NCBI GenBank assembly: GCA_951406725.2
Contig: CATOCA020000001.1
Coordinates: forward strand, 4,774,001-4,838,000
DNA: 64,000 nucleotides
Reading direction: 5' to 3'
Origin: Octopus vulgaris
Lineage: Eukaryota
Shown: positions 1 through 11,302 of the stretch, piece by piece
How the letters are laid out: every line of letters starts with the position of its first letter
How positions within the stretch are numbered: position 1 is the first letter of the stretch
Translations under genes and position numbers: made by a program
The notes under the pieces: model-generated
Told to the model about the DNA's origin: nothing
Seen by the model: the letters and a program-made list of their open reading frames with translations, nothing else
Database searches by the model: none

Positions 1-171
1 GCCTTTAGTCAAGAAAATTGACCTCAAGACTTATTCTTTGTAAGCCTAGTACTTATTCTAACGGTCTCTTGCCAAACCGCCAAGTTACGGGGACGTAAAC
101 ACGCCAGCACCGGTTTCAAAGCGATATTGGGGGACAAATACAGACGTACAAACATATACACACACATACAT

Positions 172-229
<58 letters not shown>

Positions 230-627
230 GACGGGCTTCTTTCAGTTTCCGTCTACCATATCCACTCACAAAGCTTTGGTCGGCCCGAGGCTATAGTAGA
301 AGACACTTGCCCAATGTGCCATGCAGTGGGACTGAACCCGAAACCGTGTGATTGGTAAGCAAGCCCGTTACCACACAGCCACACAGGCGCGAGCTGGTAG
401 AAACGTTAGCACGCCGGGCGAAATGCGTAGCCGTATTTCATCTGGCATTACGTTCTGAGTTCAAATTCCGCCGAGGTCGACTTTGCCTTTCATCCTTTCG
501 GGGTCGATTAAATAAGTACCAGTTACGCACTGGGGTCGATATAACCGACTTAATCCGTTTGTCTGTCCTTGTTTGTCCCCTCTATGTTTAGCCCCTTGTG
601 GGTAGTAAAGAAATAACTCCTGTGCCT
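1..627 (-). mobile_element. tRNA-derived SINE family A (internal TA/CA microsatellite), interrupted by a family B SINE
   Basis: Matches the complete copy at 4503-4908; head ...accacacagccac| resumes as actcctgtgcct at 616-627. Confidence 0.85.
386..615 (+). mobile_element. SINE family B (ggcgagctggcagaaacgttagc...gtagtaaagaaata)
   Basis: A-box/B-box-like head (GAGCTGG..GTTCAAATTCC); near-identical copy at 16884-17115. Confidence 0.85.
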
Positions 628-819
628 TGGTTTATTAGTGTCAAGAAGAACATTCAGCTTTGAATAATAGTTTAGATAAACTGAAGTTTACAATATTTTT
701 GTTATCTTATGCAAGATTTTAGAACCATCAACTTCTGTATATTGTTGTTTACCTCATTTTAGGAGTTTTTTTTCAAAAATTGTTTTATTTTCTCTTTTGA
801 CATCTTTCATTTAAAAGAC

Positions 820-895
820 ATGGACATCAATGAGATCATGAAAAAAATGGTGACATTGAAGCAGTCAAAATCTTCATAACTGAGCATCCAGATGA
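820..895 (+). pseudogene. Exon 1: MDINEIMK/NGDIEAVKIFITEHPDE (start of ankyrin region; 1-nt frameshift in A7 run)
   Basis: ATG at 820; the ankyrin-like NGDxEAVK frame needs a shift in aaaaaaa at 841-847; phase-0 GTAAGT donor follows GAA. Confidence 0.65.
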
Positions 896-1058
896 AGTAA
901 GTTGTTCTGTTTATTTCCTTCTCAAATTTGATTGCTTGTTTCTTATTTTATACACAATATGAAATGTTCCTAAGTAATCACATACATTTGTCCATAATGT
1001 TTCATTTCTTTCTTCAACTCTTTCCTCTAATCCTCATCATTGTCACTTTTTATATATA

Positions 1059-1452
1059 CTAGCAGTATAGCCCGGCGTTGCTCAGGTTTGTTTTGACCCT
1101 TTAGAATTGGAATTTTTTGAAAAGTAAAAATTTTGCGTTATGTGGCTTTTTATTCTCTTTAAGTGAACATTTTTCTGGTTGAAATACACCGAACAATGGC
1201 GACACATCAGTCAAAAAATCGTTAAAAAATAGGGATTTTCATAGAAAAAATGCAGCTTTTTGATGTAAATAATTTTTGGTCTTAACATGGTCTGATTTGA
1301 ATTTTTTCTTCTACGGAAGGAAGAGCAAGCCTTCTTCTATCATACTCTCAATTTAGGTCAACTTGCGCCTCAGGGTCTCGGAGGGGATAGTGTTAGTTGA
1401 AGGCTACCAAACCTGCCACACACAGACAACTTCAGCTTTATAGAGAGAGAGA
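1059..1452 (-). mobile_element. Non-autonomous Helitron (~390 bp)
   Basis: On the minus strand: 5' TC...TATAAAGCTGAAGT, 3' hairpin CCTGAGCAACGCCGGG followed by ..CTAG|T; second copy at 11811-12204. Confidence 0.75.
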
Positions 1453-1519
1453 TTTAACCAAACCTTGAAGCATGCTAGAATTAAGAGAATGTGAGTGAGA
1501 GAGAAACCCATCCTCACAC

Positions 1520-2045
1520 ACTGCAATGGGGTATTCTGGCAGGAAATATTCAACTCAAGAGATGAGGGAAAGATGGAGTTAGTAGATGGATGGTGACTTT
1601 GTCAAGAAGTCCTTTTGCTACAAACAGTCGAAGGTTTTATTGATGCCAAGGGCCACAGCAATTCTTTTGCAGAATTTATCAAACATACGAAAATACTGGT
1701 GTGTCACATAGGAATCAAGCCCCAACTTGATCTGGCTTTATAAAACTGTACTGGTGTTCATTGAATAGAGAAAGATACCCAAAAGGACAAAGATGATGGT
1801 TCTTGGTAGCTTTTTACTTCAAAATTGAAATATTGGAAGTTAGAAGGAAACGATGGTAGTCAGTAGATGGGATATTGTCTGCAGGAATATAGAGCTGGGC
1901 TTCTCAAAGAGGTCAGTACTACCAATGTGTAGGGGCTGTGGGGAAATTTTATAAGAATTTATGTGTATATGAAACAGGAAGAATGTGTACCTGAGTTTGG
2001 CTGAAGCCAGCCAGTAAAGGTTGGATCAGTAACAAAAGTGAATCA
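1520..2045 (-). mobile_element. Ancient LINE reverse transcriptase relic (CR1/L2/Jockey group)
   Basis: Minus-strand fragments HQYSF/YKARSS and AVALGINKTFDCL*QKDFLTKSPS resemble the QYGFR and VALDISKAFDRVWH RT motifs. Confidence 0.5.
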
Positions 2046-2068
2046 GTGATTCAAATATTCACACCCCT

Positions 2069-2275
2069 GGCACCTGTGCCCGTGGCACGTAAAATGCACT
2101 CACTACACTCATGGAGTGGTTGGCGTTAGGAAGGGCATCCAGCAGTAGAAACTCTGCCAGATCAAGATTGGAGCCATGTGCAGCTTCCTGGCTTCCCAGA
2201 CACCAGTTGAACCGTTCAACCCATGCTAGCATGGAAAACGGACATTAAACGATGATGTTGATGATGATGATGATG
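2069..2275 (+). mobile_element. SINE family C 3' part ending ...catgctagcatggaaaacggacattaaac(GAT)n
   Basis: Reverse copies at 3452-3830 and 8885-9125; (GAT)n tail. Confidence 0.75.
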
Positions 2276-2406
2276 TGTGTGTGTGTGTGTGTGTGTGTGT
2301 GGATGAGGTAAGTAGTTACCCATTTCAAGACTGGGAATCAAAACAGCGATCCGACAACTGCAAGTCTGCTGGTCTAACCACTGGGCCATTGTGCCTCCAC
2401 ACACAC

Positions 2407-2482
<76 letters not shown>

Positions 2483-2569
2483 ATATATGTATGTGTATGT
2501 GTATACACGTATGTGTAAATGCAGTATAAATTCCATTTCATTACTCCCTGCCCCAATCATTCCACCCCT

Positions 2570-3045
2570 TTAACCCTTTCCTTACCATATTTCTGTTGAG
2601 ATGTTCTGTGTTTCTTTCAATTAATTTTAAATATAACAAAGAATTTAGTAAAATAACTTAGTTATCCTTAAGCTAGTTTTAGGGTCATAAATTGTGACTA
2701 AGGCTTAGCAGAATATTTTAATTCAGAATGTATGAAAACAAGACATTTGTACTACAGAGCCAGAGGCGGTTTCAGCCATGTTGGTAACGAAAGTGTTAAA
2801 AATATCATGGTCACTTTAAGCGTTTTGTTACCATTTTTCTGTTGAGATGTTCTGTGTTTCTTTCAATTAATTTTAAATATAACAAACAATTTAGTAAAAT
2901 AACTTAGTTATCCTTAAGCTAGTGTTAGGAACATAAATTGTGACTAAGGCTTAGCAGAAAATTTTAATTCAGAATGTATGAAAACAAGACATTTGTACTA
3001 CAGAGCCAAAGGCGGTTTCAGCCATGTTGGTAACGAAAGGGTTAA
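2570..3045. mobile_element. Two head-to-tail copies of a ~230-bp TTAA-flanked MITE (piggyBac-type)
   Basis: TTAA-CCCTTTC(G)TTAC...GTAACGAAAGGG-TTAA termini; copies at 2570-2799 and 2816-3045. Confidence 0.8.
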
Positions 3046-3150
3046 TGAATTAGATTCTTTTTCTTATCTTTTTCTGTGTTTTTTTTTGCTTTTAATTTTT
3101 CTCCTCCCCTTCCAACACCATTTTTACTATTTTTTTCTTCTTTTCTTCGG

Positions 3151-3293
3151 GTGAACCAACGAGATAACTCCTTACACTACACCTGTAGTTCTGGTTACAC
3201 AGACACAGTTGGCCTGTTGTTAATTCACATTGGCATTAATGCCAATATCGGGGACAAATATGGTGACACACCCTTACATTTGGCTGTTTGAAA
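3151..3293 (+). pseudogene. Ankyrin exon VNQRDNSLHYTCSSGYTDTVGLLLIHIGINANIGDKYGDTPLHLAV*
   Basis: Canonical GDTPLHLA ankyrin motif; polypyrimidine tract ends CGG instead of CAG; TGA at 3289-3291; GTAAGT donor, phase 2. Confidence 0.85.
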
Positions 3294-3451
3294 GTAAGTC
3301 CCTTTCGATTCTGGAATATCCAAATCTGTTTCTTTTGCACTTTCAATAATGTTTGTCGCATTTTTTCAATGAGTCATTCATGCCATAATCCCACCATGGG
3401 GTTGTTGTCGTTCTTCCCTCCTTCACGCTGTAATGTCACTGTAATCTTCTT

Positions 3452-3830
3452 CATCATCATCGTTTAACGTCCGCTTTCCATGCTAGCATGGGTTGGACAA
3501 TTTGACTGAGGACTGGCGAACCAGATCACTGCACCAGGCAACAATCTTGATCTGGCAGAGTTTCTACAGCTGGATGCCCTTCCTAACGCCAACCACTCCG
3601 AGAGTGTAGTGGGTGCTTTTACGTTCCACTGGCACGGGGGCCAGTCAGGAACGACCTCACTCGAATCTTTTTACACATGCCACCGGTACAGGTGCCAGTA
3701 AGGCGACGCTGGTAACGATCACACTCGAATGGTGCCTTTTATGTGCCACTGGCACGGAAGCCAGTTAGCTGCTCTGTCAACGATCACACTCGTATGGTGC
3801 TCTTTGCACCCTGCTAGCACGGATGCCAGT
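3452..3830 (-). mobile_element. SINE family C copy with internal tandem subrepeats (acgatcacactcg...)
   Basis: Reverse complement of 2069-2275 plus repeated ~60-bp modules. Confidence 0.75.
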
Positions 3831-4502
3831 CATCGAATTTGATTTTGATTCTACTTTAATTAATCATCACCATAATTTTTGTCGTTGTTCTTGCCTGACT
3901 GGTCATCTCATTCTCCGTTACCTCAACGTTACAGGTTCAAACCCTCCCTTTTCTTCTGTTCATCGCATGTAAAACTTCCGCCTTCTCTCTCTCTCTCGCT
4001 CTTGTAATTTCCCTTTTTCCTCTGACCCTGGGCTAAATACAGAATCACCCCCTTTCAGTATTTACATTTGTTTCTTTATGTCCCATGTTCAAATCTTGCC
4101 AGAGTATCTATTAGCACTCTGGGGTCATTATAATCTGTACCAGTAATATCCAGGGGTTTATGCAATAAACTGTTCTCCCTCTCCACTCTGTTTCTTGTGT
4201 CTTATTACTGTTGGACAAAATACCTTGTGGTATTTATTTATGACTCTTTATGTTCTGAGTTCAAATCCTGCCAAGATCGACTTGTCCTTCCATCTTTGCA
4301 AGGTTGATAAAATGCAATACCAGTCATGTAATGGGGTCCATACAACTATCTATAGCCCTTCTTTCTCTCCTAAATTTCATGTTTATATAACTGTTGTTCA
4401 TTGTACCATATATACATTTCTGTGTTTACTCAGGTGTATATATCATTTTTGTACTGTGTAGAGTGTGTAGTGAATAAATATATTTTTTTCTTCTTTTTCT
4501 TT

Positions 4503-4908
4503 CTCTTTACTTGTTTCAGTCATTTTGACTGCGGCCATGCTGGAGCACCGCCTTTAATCGAGCAACTCGACCCCGGGACTTATTCTTTGTAAGCCCAGTA
4601 CTTATTCTATCGGTCTCTTTTTGCCGAACCGCTAAGTTACGGGGAGGTAAAGACACCAGCATCGGTTGTCTAGCAATGGTGGGGGGACAAAAACAGACAC
4701 ACAAACACACACACACACACACACACATATAGATATACATATATACGACAGGCTTCTTTCAGTTTCCGTCTACCAAATCCACTCACAAGGCATTGGTCGG
4801 CCCGGGGCTATAGCAGAAGACACTTGCCCAAGATGCCACGCAGTGGGACTGAACCGGAACCATGTGATTCGTTAGCAAGCTACTTATCACACAGCCACTC
4901 CTGCGCCT
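4503..4908 (-). mobile_element. Complete SINE family A copy
   Basis: tRNA-like head GGCGCAGGAGTGGCTGTG..GGTTCAGTCCC on the minus strand, internal (CA)n/(TA)n, tail ..GACTGAAACAAGTAAAGAG. Confidence 0.85.
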
Positions 4909-5021
4909 ATGTTGACTTAATTACATTTGTTTTCTCTAATGACCTAATAACTATTAATTATCTCTATCATTGTGATGTTTGTATTTTTCACGTTTTTCTT
5001 CCCTCTTTCCATAACTTCCAG

Positions 5022-5058
5022 CCAAAATTATGATGTGGTGGCTTTGATGCTGGCCGAG
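5022..5058 (+). pseudogene. 37-bp ankyrin micro-exon, copy A (NQNYDVVALMLAE)
   Basis: ttccAG acceptor and GTAAGT donor; phase 2 in and phase 0 out, matching the flanking exons; completes the ankyrin repeat. Confidence 0.8.
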
Positions 5059-5161
5059 GTAAGTTAACAAATGCATATTAAATACACTCTCTAGTCTTTG
5101 ATTGATCTGTTAAATATTAATATCATTAAGGTACCAGTGAAATAATGGGGGTAGGTTTAAT

Positions 5162-5506
5162 CCTTTAGTCGAGCAAATCGACCCCAAGACTAATTCGTTT
5201 TAAGCCTAGTACTTATTCTATCGGTCTCTTTTGCTGCCGAACCACTAAGTTATGGGGATGTAAACACACCAGCATCGGTTGTCAAGCGACGTTGGGAGGT
5301 GGGGAGGACAAACACACACGCACACACACACACATATATACAACGGGCGTCTTTCAGTTTCCGTCTTCCAAATCCACTCACACGGCTTTGGTCAGCCTGA
5401 GGCTATAGTAGAAAACACTTGCGCAAGGTGCCACGCGGTGGGAATGAACCCGGAACCATGTGGTTGGGAAGCAAGCTACTTACCACACAGCCACTCCTGT
5501 GCCTGT
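5162..5506 (-). mobile_element. SINE family A copy (3' truncated)
   Basis: Matches 4503-4908. Confidence 0.85.
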
Positions 5507-5749
5507 ATATTGATCATGATGGTGATGGCATTTGTGGCGGTGACAGCCCAGCTGACCACCACCACTGACAATAGTATTTTTAATGGTCAGATGAAAGAAG
5601 GTCATTATGAAATTAACCAAAATATAACAAATTTCATGCCCTATCCTATTATAAATTTGAGTGATGGTTCTTTGCTCGTTATGTTTTTGTGTTCGTTAAC
5701 TCCTCCTAGATCCTTTCACGTTTTTCTTTCCTCCTTCCATAACTTCCAG

Positions 5750-5786
5750 CCAACATTATGATGTGGTGGCTTTGATGCTGGCCGAG
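5750..5786 (+). pseudogene. 37-bp ankyrin micro-exon, copy B (NQHYDVVALMLAE)
   Basis: Direct duplicate of 5022-5058 with AG acceptor and GTTAGT donor. Confidence 0.75.
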
Positions 5787-6509
5787 GTTAGTTAACAAAT
5801 GCATATTATATACACTCTCTAGTCTTTCATTGATCTGTTAAATATTGATATCATTAAGGTACCAGTGAAATAATGGGGGTAGGTTTAATCACCTGTATAC
5901 TCTTTTACTTGTTTCAGTCATTTGACTGTGGCCATGCTGGAGCACCACTTCTAGTCGAACAAATCGACTTAGTGGTTCAGCAAAAGAGACCGATAGAATA
6001 AGTACTAGGCTTACAAAGAATTAGTCCTGGGGTCGATTTGTTCGACTAAAGGTGGTGCTCCAGCATGGCCACAGTCAAATGACTGAAACAAGTAAAAGAG
6101 TATACAGGTGATTAAACCTACCCCCATTATTTCACTGGTACCTTAATGATATCAATATTTAACAGATCAATCAAAGACGAGAGAGTGTATATAATATGCA
6201 TTTGTTAACTAACCTCGACCAGCATCAAAGCCACCACATCATAATGTTGGCTGGAAGTTATGGAAAGAGGGAAGAAAAACGTGAAAAATACAAACATCAC
6301 AATGATAGAGATAATTAATAGTTATTAGGTCATTAGAGAAAACGAAACTCAAACCAGTAACTCGCCAATACTGAGAGAATTTATGTTTTGAAGGACCACC
6401 TAATTGGGGCCCCACTATTTTTACTGCATTTTAAAATAAATACATGGCATTGGAGCAATGACGATAAATTTCATACCATGAATGCCCAGGGAGTATCGTA
6501 AGGAGGTTC

Positions 6510-6935
6510 GATTTCTTTTCTACTCTGGGCACAAGGCCCGAAATTTTGGGGCCTGTCGAGTAGATCAACCTCAGTGTGCAACTGGTACTTCATTTATCGA
6601 TCCCAAGAGGATGAAAGTCAAAGTCGACCTTGGCGGAATTTGAACTCAGAACATAAAGACAGACTAAATACCGCTAAACTTTTCGCCCGGCGTGCTAACG
6701 TTTCTTATTTCTTTACTACCAACAAGGGGCTAAACACAGAGGGGACAAACAAGGGCAGACAAACGGATTAAGTCGATTACATCGACACCAGTTCATAACT
6801 GTTACTTAATTTATCGATGCCGAAAGGATGAAAGGCAAAGTTGACCTCGGCGGAATTTGAACTCAGAACGTAGCGGCAGAGAAAATACCACTAAGCATTT
6901 TGCCCAACGTGCTAACGTTTCTGCCAGCTCACCAC
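6510..6935 (-). mobile_element. Two adjacent SINE family B copies
   Basis: Two reverse-complement matches to 386-615 (gaaaggcaaagtcgacctcggcggaatttgaactcagaac). Confidence 0.8.
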
Positions 6936-7327
6936 CATAGGAGGTTCAATTTAATTTCTGAAGGGCCTCTTAAATGGGGCCCCACTTACCCCCTTCTCCT
7001 ATTTTTACTTGCTCCTGTGTTTATTGATTGAATTATGACCAGCATCAGTGCTTAGCATATTTACAGAAGCTACCCCTGAAGCTGCCTTACCATAGTAAGG
7101 GATAAAGATAGGTTAGGCTGAAGCAATTTGTTTATGAAGCCTTTATCGTGTATCTAACACATACACAGAGCAAATTATAGAAGACATCATGAAGGTTAAC
7201 TTTATTGACAGACAGCAAATGTATCTGATCAGTTTGATCAAGTACCCAGTAGAAGATAATAACGACACATTGATATTCACCTGGATTTTCATGTAAATTT
7301 TCATTTTCTATTTTTACCTCCACAAAG

Positions 7328-7501
7328 GGTTCAGTGAAATCAGAATTGAAGAACAATCAGAAAATGACACTGTTGCTTGAAGCCGTTGTCCAGGGGCCAC
7401 CTCGCGAAATGCTGTTGATGGTGAAGGCAATAACTGTTTGCACCTTGCTATGAAAAGAGATGTTTAATTCCGAGGGTACACCCATGGATATTTTAGATGA
7501 G
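7328..7501 (+). pseudogene. Ankyrin exon GSVKSELKNNQKMTLLLEAVVQG../NAVDGEGNNCLHLAMKR/FNSEGTPMDILDE (frameshifted)
   Basis: NAVDxxGNxCLHLA ankyrin motif; two frame changes; the donor position reads ATAAAT instead of GTAAAT. Confidence 0.75.
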
Positions 7502-7521
7502 ATAAATTTTACAATTGTTTG

Positions 7522-7556
<35 letters not shown>

Positions 7557-8022
7557 TTGTGAGAGAGAGAGAGAGAGACAGACAGACAAGTTTTGCTTGT
7601 CATATATCAATTCTCCCCTATCAACCCCATCCTCCATTACCATTCCGTGATCCAGCCTCCCCTTATGACCCGAGTGATATTATGTAACAAACAATATTCC
7701 ATCTCCTTTCACTCTCAAAGATGTCGTCTCACCACGGTCGAGAGGTGACCCATCTCGGTTGTTGGCCATATAAACACAGCCATCACAATGTGACGGAGAA
7801 GTGGCCTATTTAATAGAGGAGATATATTCTCAATTAACAATGATGCAGGATAGAAGAGATGTCTGAGCTTTATAGTGCTGGTGCCATGGTAAATACATCC
7901 AGTCCATTCTATGAAGAATTCTGAGTGAAACTGCTCTCTATCCTACTTCTTGTACATGACATGTATCCACTGACTTCTTGTAGACATATAACAATTCTAT
8001 ATTTAAGAGATGAGGAATTACG

Positions 8023-8510
8023 TACATTATTTACATTTGACACGCATATGGCATAGTGGTTAAGAGCGCAGGCTACTAACCCCCAAGATTCCAAGTTCAA
8101 TTCCAGTCAGTGACCTGAATAATAATAATAATATCGAAAATACCTTAGGAATGAGAACCCAGGTTCGAAATTTCCCCAAGACACCCGATGAAGGCCGGAG
8201 GGTATATCAGCCGAAACAACAAGATGAGGACAAATATCCGTCAATTGTAAATAATGTAACCACTACACCATATGCATGTGGGCATATGGCATAGTGGTTA
8301 AGAGCGGGGGCTACTAATCCCAGGATTCTGAGTTCGATTCCAGGGTGTGACCTGAATAATAATAATAATAGCATCGAAAAATACTTAGGAATGAGAACCC
8401 AGGTTCGAAATTTCCCCCAAGACAATTGATAAAGGCTGGAGGGTATATCAGCTGAAACGTTGTGTTAACAACAAACAAGATAAGGACATCCATCAAATGT
8501 AAATAATGTC
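8023..8510 (+). mobile_element. Two copies of a ~230-bp repeat with a tRNA-like head and a hammerhead-ribozyme-like 3' part, with short inverted end pieces
   Basis: Head GGCATATGGCATAGTGGTTAAGAGC..GAGTTCGATTCC; combined consensus acac-CTGATGA-AGGCTG..CAGCC-GAAA-CG-TT-gtgt; each individual copy has core mutations. Confidence 0.7.
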
Positions 8511-8884
8511 ATAACAATGTTCAACGTTGGGACACTAGAGAATGGATACAATGAAGCATGGTCCTTAGTGAGTTTTCCTGTATTTAAGTTTTGTATGTAC
8601 AGTTAGGTACACACACACACACACATGAAGGTAATGATTTTAAGTTTAGGTATACACCTTCTAGTATGCTGGTTAAAGCCTGTTCACCGTATTCGGCTAT
8701 CTGATGTCATCAACAGTACAGATTTAAATACCATTGGATTTACTTCATGTCCGTAGATTTTTATGAAATATGAGATAAAGAATATGGAATGAAGAGTCTC
8801 ATGAATTCCATTTTCCTTTCTTCCATATTTTCTCATATCATATATATATATATATACATATATATACATATATATACATACATA

Positions 8885-9125
8885 TCATCATCATCATCGT
8901 TTAACATCCGTTTTCCATGCTAGCATGAGTTGGACAGTTCGACCGGGGTCTGCGAAGCCAGGACGCTGCACCAGGCACCAGTCTGATCTGGCAGAGTTTC
9001 TACAGCTGGATGCCCTTCCTAACGCCAACCACTCCGTGAGTGTAGTGGGTGCTTTTTACGTGCCACCAGCACAGGGGCCAGAGGAGACTGGTTAACAGCC
9101 ACGATCGGTTGGTGCTTTTACGTGT
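8885..9125 (-). mobile_element. SINE family C copy
   Basis: Matches 3452-3640. Confidence 0.75.
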
Positions 9126-9185
9126 GTCTTAACTACAATTTCCATTCAATTTTCATTTGATGTTGGTGTTAATGTACTTGACTCA

Positions 9186-9260
<75 letters not shown>

Positions 9261-9685
9261 AAAAGATAAATTAAGATATGGAGTCAAACACATGCTATTT
9301 AAACCATCTATACTTCCAACATATGTATCGAGAAAAGTATTGAGATTCTTCCAGAGAGAATAAAAGATTATGTAAAACAATGCAATCATCTCATCAGGGA
9401 AGAAAAAGGAACAAAACACATCAATAAACCATTTTAACAGAATGTGATTACCGCGTACGTTAGTAGTATATGATGTAAGGAGAAAGCGAACAAGTTATTT
9501 TTTTTAAAAACCATTAATAGATTGTCAAAAGGAATATTTCACCATTTTTCTACATTTAGACATATTGACAAACGCAACAATACTGGGCTTCGTAAATTAA
9601 TGTCGAAAATAAAGTCAAAAACGAATGAGAATGGGAAATGATCTGAATTAGAGATGATGGAGGTAGTTAATATTTTATAATTGGT

Positions 9686-9900
9686 TTAACCCTTTCGTTA
9701 CTGTATATATTTTGAGATGCTCTGTGTTTCTTTCAATTATTTTAAATATAACAAAGAATTTAGTAAAATAACTTATCATTCAGCTAGTGTTAGGAACATA
9801 AATTGTGACTAAGGTTTGGTGGAAGATTTTAATTCAGAACTTTTGAAAACAAGACATTTGTACTACAGAGCCTGAGCTGGGTTGGTAACGAAAGGGTTAA
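9686..9900. mobile_element. TTAA-flanked MITE, same family as 2570-3045
   Basis: Perfect TTAA-CCCTTTCGTTAC / GTAACGAAAGGG-TTAA termini. Confidence 0.85.
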
Positions 9901-10012
9901 TTACTGGATAAACAAACTATGACTAGATTTATATGATCTGTTCTGTAATTAGAGGCATCTGTTATGAATATTTGTGTAATATTGTTATCATTTTATATTT
10001 CATCATTTGTAG

Positions 10013-10145
10013 TGCTGCACTGAGCTCAGCTTGAGCAAAGACGAAATGTTCTCTGGCCTTGTGGTTACCAGATATCTCGCCAGCCATTGGACCTCATTAA
10101 AAACTCAAATTTGAAAACAAAATTACAAACATTTTTACCGCCACA
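10013..10145 (+). pseudogene. Exon CCTELSLSKDEMFSGLVVTRYLASH/PLDLIKNSNLKTKLQTFLPP
   Basis: TAG acceptor, GTAAGT donor; a frameshifting deletion is inferred between YLASH and the terminal ankyrin PLDL motif. Confidence 0.75.
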
Positions 10146-10578
10146 GTAAGTATTTCCTGGCAATGACAAGATAAACTATTTTGTATATAATAATCATGTT
10201 TATATGTGTGTTTCGTTTAAATTCTAACAATAAATAAAACTGTTGCTTGTGTTTTGATGAAAGGTAGCACAAAACAACAATTGTAGTTGTTGGGTGGTCA
10301 AAGAAAGAACACTGTTTCAATTACATTCACATAATGGGTTCTATTGACAGAGGTACCTCACTGGCACCCCACATTTTATGTACGTGTGTGTGTGTGTGTG
10401 CATGGACTATTTAGCTACACACAAATCTGCCAGTATGTAATGGTTTAAAGAATTTCTGATGTGCTCTTGATTGTCACTGAAGTCTCTCATAATATTCTCT
10501 TCTGTAAACACGTACGCAATGTCATATTTCTTGTAAATGAATGTTATTGATTAGATATGTTTGTATTTCGTTGCACAG

Positions 10579-10718
10579 ATAATTGTGGTGCAGAAATAAA
10601 GCGGCCACAACAAAAGTTCATCCCTGTGGACACCTTGTGACATGTGAAGAATGTTCAAACGTTCCACTGAAACGATGTCTGAGGTGTTTAAAACATGTAA
10701 CAAGCAGAAGTCGAGTTG
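10579..10718 (+). pseudogene. RING-HC (C3HC4) exon Q*LWCRNKAATTKVHPCGHLVTCEECSNVPLKRCLRCLKHVTSRSRV
   Basis: CAG acceptor and GTAAG donor; PCGH..CxxC..CxxC pattern of MIB/IAP-type RINGs; the first Cys position is TAA. Confidence 0.85.
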
Positions 10719-10974
10719 GTAAGAATGCTCTTTGATGATCTGTCTGTTTGTCCTGCTTGTCTCATTGCCCTTATTGTGTAGAATAAAATGTAAAATTAAA
10801 TATTATCAGCAACAATGTTTAACAAAGGGATTAGGTGTATGTTTATCCTTCTTGAAGTGGTTGTGACATTTGTTTGTTACTAGATCTTTGATGAATAACT
10901 TGTCTGACATTGGAATTAAGCAGATTGTTAGTGAAGATTAGTCTTGAGAACAATGCCATGTAATAGATTTGGCA

Positions 10975-11302
10975 TACGGAAAGAGAGCGACCCCTTCAGT
11001 CATGACTGTCCATGAGATTGAACCTAGAAAGTTACTCTCCCAGACACAAGTCCGGACAAAGTTGATTATGGAAGACCAGCAGTCGCCCAGGCTTCGCCTC
11101 TCCACGCCACCAGTGTTATCCATGGGGAGGGAAAAGGCGCCGATACAGCTTGACCCTATCTTTTGTTACAGCTGAGTGAACTGGAGCAACGTGAAATAAA
11201 GTATCTTGCTCAAGAACACAACACGCAGCCCGGTCCGGGATTCGAACTCAGAACCTCACAATCATAATCTCAACGCTCTAACCACTGAGCCATGCGCCTT
11301 CA
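10975..11302 (-). mobile_element. tRNA-derived SINE family D
   Basis: Minus-strand head GAAGGCGCATGGCTCAGTGGTTAGAGCG..GAGTTCGAATCCCGG with good A and B boxes. Confidence 0.75.

Larger units (their letters stand above)
4929..6343. repeat. Local triplication: direct copies A (4929-5162) and B (5714-5890) plus inverted copy C; B/C form a ~255-bp-arm palindrome (5714-5968 / 6031-6286)
   Basis: Direct sequence comparison; arms differ by only a few substitutions; the spacer is SINE A sequence. Confidence 0.9.

Noticed and set aside
8281-8352. tRNA-like sequences (also 11230-11302 and 58041-58110) as real tRNA genes
   Set aside because: Acceptor stems do not pair well and each continues into a repeated SINE body.
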